Source of the DNA: Candidatus Helarchaeota ASGARD archaeon Hel_GB_B
GTDB taxonomy: Archaea > Asgardarchaeota > Lokiarchaeia > Helarchaeales > HEL-GB-B
DNA length: 32,000 nt
Direction: 5' to 3'
Assembly (NCBI GenBank): GCA_005191425.1
Contig: SUPR01000020.1
Coordinates: 1 to 32,000 of the forward strand
A program made the position numbers and the translations under genes. The notes beneath the pieces are model-generated. The model saw nothing but the letters and a program-made list of their open reading frames with translations, was not told the origin of the DNA and did no database searches. Below, piece after piece: positions 29,367 through 32,000 of this stretch (the stretch's first letter is position 1; each line of letters begins with the position of its first letter).

Positions 29367-29393
29367 TCAGTTAACGACTCTCCCGGAGTCCTT
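29367..29393 (+). repeat. Left arm of a perfect 27-bp inverted repeat, tcagttaacgactctcccggagtcctt
   Basis: Its exact reverse complement is at 31152-31178. A 23-bp match also occurs at 31221-31243 and a 15-bp match at 31086-31100. Confidence 0.95.
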
Positions 29394-29508
29394 GTGTAAT
29401 ATGCTAAACTTAAAAAAAATTTATATCTCTATGCGCCTATTAAGAGAACAAGCTAGACAGGTCATTGAACAATGCAAAAAACAAGGTATCGAAATTGTAA
29501 ATTGGTAG
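29368..29508 (+). other. Silent LRR C-terminal cassette with no start codon: QLTTLPESLCNMLNLKKIYISMRLLREQARQVIEQCKKQGIEIVNW*
   Basis: Not in the ORF track. It is colinear with the last LRR plus C-cap of the LRR gene on the opposite strand (KLKTLPESFYILNNLIYLNIENNPLDESTIERLEELRSRGVSVYY). Homology begins abruptly at 29367. Confidence 0.85.
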
Positions 29509-29735
29509 TTTATTCAACATGATTTCATTTTAATTTAAATTTGTCCTGTTCTTTTTCTATATTTTTTGTTAATATTTTCCTTTTTTACCTAATTTTATTT
29601 CATAATACAAATTCATAATTATATTACATTCCAGTCTCTTTTTCTATTCAAGACAAAGTAAATATTATTTAATTTTGAAGATTTAAGTACCTTTTATTTC
29701 GGGTTAAAAATTCAAATTGGAGCGTGGTAATTAAT

Positions 29736-30771
29736 ATGAATATAGAATTGGTCAATAGATTAATTTTAGATGCTAAAAATATTTGTAATGCAGAGAATTT
29801 AGCCCCGTCTACTATTAAAAAAACTCAATACATTGAGACGTATTTTTCTAGGTATCGAGGACTTGACGCCCTCGGCTATAATTGAATGGGTCGAGCAGTA
29901 TAGGTATGGTGCTCACAACACAGAGTTAAGTCCTCATGGAAAAAATAACTACTACACCGCAATCAAATGGTATTTAGCAAGGGCTACTCTAGTAAAATAT
30001 CCAAAAGAGGAATTGAAAAAAATCAAAAAAGTACCTGTCAGGCCAAAAGACCGCAGTGTGGACGATTTGGCACTAGAACACATCTTGCAATTTTCACCAA
30101 ATACTACTTTTGAGCTGGCATTTCGATTGATAAGAGAGCGCGGCATAAGGCCGCATGAATTACTTTCAATCAGGGTAAAAGATGTTTCCAAGTCAGAGGA
30201 AGGTTATGCGGTCGTGTCATTACAAGCAGAGAACCCCGAAGTCCCTTCAAGAAGGAACAAGACTGGCCCGAGGACTATAATATTTGTGCGAAATGCAGCT
30301 CGAATTCTAGAATTAGTCAGAGTGGTAGGTGCGGGTACAGGCCCTGAGGGCAGGCTCTTTCCATGGCGTCATGGAGTACTATCAGTTATATTCTGTAGAA
30401 TGAAAAAAATGCAGGAAGAAGTGGCGAGAAGAGAAGGCTGGAACAATTTATATAGGGGTAGGTTATATGATTTAAGACATGCTGCAATTACAGAGATGTA
30501 TGTCCATGGTTTCGTAGACCAAGAAGTGCGTGCCATGGTCGGCTGGGCTCCATCTTCTAAGATGCCGGATATTTATGTCCACATCGGGACAAAACACCTG
30601 CTAGATGCTTGTAAGAGAAATGAAACAAATTACATAAATATTGAATCAAACAAGAGAAATTTAGGACTCAAGGAAACCCATTTCGGAACATTTAATAAAA
30701 TAGTAAATAATTCAAAATTATACAGAAAATTTCCGGACAACGCCAATGAAATTAATTTCTATATAAAGTAG
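29736..30771 (+). mobile_element. Tyrosine recombinase/integrase (archaeal type) with a +1 frameshift at the A7 run 29817-29823; the intact downstream frame starts at TTG 29833
   Basis: Catalytic motifs G.RPHE (R), NKTG (K), YDLRH, and GW..SSKM..IY (W, Y). The upstream frame from ATG 29736 encodes …ENLAPSTIKK, the first helix of an integrase N-terminal SAM-like domain. GC is well above that of the flanks. Confidence 0.88.
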
Positions 30772-30970
30772 ATTACCTACAACTAATTTCCAAATGATGT
30801 AAACAAAATAAGAACAAAATTAGATTAAAATAAGGGATTAATAAAAGTAAGAGAGAAAAAAATAATTTTATTTAGTAAAAAGGCATGAATTGAAAAAATT
30901 ATAGTAATATAATTTTATTATAAGTAGCTGATACTCCAAATATCATTATTATTAAGTATTAACTACATTT

Positions 30971-31513
30971 TCAATAATAGACTGAAACACCTCTGGAACG
31001 TAGTTCTTCTAATCGTTCTATCGTACTTTCATCAAGCGGGTTATTTTCAATATTTAGGTAAATTAAATTATTTAATATATAAAATGACTCCGGGAGAGTC
31101 TTTAACTTATTGTCATTCAATTCAAGTTCTTGGAGTGATTTTAGGTCCCCAAAGGACTCCGGGAGAGTCGTTAACTGATTGTCCTGCAAATCAAGTTCTT
31201 GGAGTGATTTTAGAGTACCAAAGGACTCCGGGAGAGTCGTTAATTGATTCCAGCTTAAATCAAGTATTTGGAGGTTAGTTAGCTTGAGTATGGGCTCCGG
31301 GAGATTCTTTAATCTGCATTCATAAAGTCCCAGTCCCAATATTTTATTATCGTCCAATACCATCCCAAAAGTATCCCGTTCTATTTCATTTACTTTTGGG
31401 ATTGGCTTACCAATCATATTTTCCAATTCGGATATTATATATGAATTTATTTGTTTGGTCACATAATTTATTACATATTCATAATGCATATTCATAATGG
31501 GGATAATTTTCAA
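30971..31513 (-). CDS. Leucine-rich repeat protein, C-terminal part (Loki-type cap, about 4 LRRs, C-cap)
   Basis: ELENMIGKPIPKV…FGMVLDDNKILGLGL cap, then 23-aa repeats NQLTTLPESFG.LKSLQELDL. Confidence 0.92.
   Translation of the reverse strand: MKIIPIMNMHYEYVINYVTKQINSYIISELENMIGKPIPKVNEIERDTFGMVLDDNKILGLGLYECRLKNLPEPILKLTNLQILDLSWNQLTTLPESFGTLKSLQELDLQDNQLTTLPESFGDLKSLQELELNDNKLKTLPESFYILNNLIYLNIENNPLDESTIERLEELRSRGVSVYY
31086..31307 (-). repeat. Coding tandem repeats with a 69-bp period (LRR units)
   Basis: Core gactccgggagagtc (+ strand) at 31086, 31155 and 31224, with a degenerate copy at 31293. Spacing is exactly 69 bp. Confidence 0.95.
31152..31178 (-). repeat. Right arm of the perfect 27-bp inverted repeat
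   Basis: aaggactccgggagagtcgttaactga is the reverse complement of 29367-29393. Confidence 0.95.
31474..31499. repeat. Perfect 13-bp tandem duplication (catattcataatg x2) that frameshifts the LRR gene
   Basis: Copies at 31474-31486 and 31487-31499. Removing one copy fuses the upstream ORF (…ENYPHYEY) to VINYVTKQ… of the LRR ORF. Confidence 0.92.
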
Positions 31514-32000
31514 TAAGGTAATCTTTTAGATTTAAGAAGCCAGTAAAAGCTTCATTCAAATTACCGGCTAATTTATTCAGTATGATTGGGTTAATTTTAT
31601 TGAAAATATCTTTATGGTTGTAGATTAAATTAATAAAATTTTTTAAAGAGGTAGACTGGGTGTTAGTTAAGAATTTATTTTGTGTTAAAATATCAAGGTC
31701 ATTATTGATTTTGTTATAATCGAGTTGATTTTTTAAAAAATATTGAGACAGAAGGAATGGGAGGTAAAATTTTTCGATTTGATAAAATTTTTGGTTATTA
31801 ATAACGTTAATGTGGGCAATACCCGAATTTAATAGATTTATTTTAAATTCATTTGGTATCTGTTTATTTATCAAGTATTGGTCAAGAATTCCAAGAGTGT
31901 GATTATCTAAAATGAAAGTTGTGATTTGATTTAGGTATGTGACGTAATTATCATTAAATCCAATGCGGAAAAGTAAAGTATTTTGGGCTGGGATGTCATG
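31479..32000 (-). CDS. N-terminal portion (5'-truncated by the window end) of the frameshifted LRR gene; domain unknown
   Basis: The frame is open from 32000 (HDIPAQNTLLFRIGFND…) through the track ORF to TGA 31481-31479, which is created by the 13-bp duplication. Confidence 0.75.
   Translation of the reverse strand, partial: HDIPAQNTLLFRIGFNDNYVTYLNQITTFILDNHTLGILDQYLINKQIPNEFKINLLNSGIAHINVINNQKFYQIEKFYLPFLLSQYFLKNQLDYNKINNDLDILTQNKFLTNTQSTSLKNFINLIYNHKDIFNKINPIILNKLAGNLNEAFTGFLNLKDYLIENYPHYEYAL

Noticed and set aside
29353-29508. HAD-LRR fusion by read-through of TAG 29353-29355, since the LRR cassette is in the same frame
   Set aside because: The HAD domain is already complete, same-frame coincidence has a one-in-three chance, and no pyrrolysine machinery is in view.
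29356-30970. tRNA or direct-repeat att site next to the integrase
   Set aside because: I found no cloverleaf or T-loop motif and no direct-repeat pair by eye. Only inverted repeats are present.
3260-31278. Short overlapping or antisense ORFs in the track (e.g. 3260-3511, 3944-4225, 4311-4505, 5800-6099, 6875-7318, 10111-10380, 10604-10858, 11347-11583, 12594-12901, 13886-14113, 17172-17390, 20656-20886, 23282-25534 set, 25655-26533 set, 27579-27800, 29040-29327, 29952-30191, 31084-31278)
   Set aside because: They lie inside well-supported genes on the other strand or frame and have no recognisable motifs, so they are shadow ORFs.
31086-31307. CRISPR array (regularly spaced palindromic repeat)
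   Set aside because: The 69-bp period equals 23 codons of an LRR, the spacers are mutually similar, and there are no cas genes.

Overview
Very AT-rich archaeal DNA, most consistent with an Asgard archaeon (Lokiarchaeia-like). This is inferred from a crenarchaeal-type SSB, IPK and type-2 IDI, archaeal-style GAGGTGAT ribosome-binding sites, and an LRR protein with a Loki-type cap. The left part holds housekeeping and stress genes: SSB, two Hsp20, a CPBP-like membrane protein, a phytoene-desaturase-family oxidoreductase, ExoIII, a thioredoxin and a DSD1-family PLP enzyme. The centre (9.4-18.5 kb) is a near-complete isoprenoid cluster: trans-prenyltransferase, fni, IPK, MVK, class II HMGR, a Chloroflexi/haloarchaea-type phosphomevalonate decarboxylase, an HMG-CoA synthase with a DUF35-like C-terminal fusion, and uppS. 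The right part has an RHH/wHTH pair, an FG-GAP beta-propeller membrane protein split by one TAA, bacterial-type RNase PH, HppA, a URO-D-family protein, an ArsA/GET3 ATPase and a HAD phosphatase. The main discovery is at 29.3-32 kb. A GC-rich tyrosine recombinase lies between an LRR gene (- strand) and a promoterless, startless alternative LRR C-terminal cassette (+ strand). The two share a perfect 27-bp inverted repeat containing a GACTC-N5-GAGTC palindrome, and inversion would swap the LRR C-terminus in frame, so this is a candidate shufflon-like system. No rRNA, tRNA or CRISPR array was seen. All calls come from motif recognition by eye; no database searches were run.
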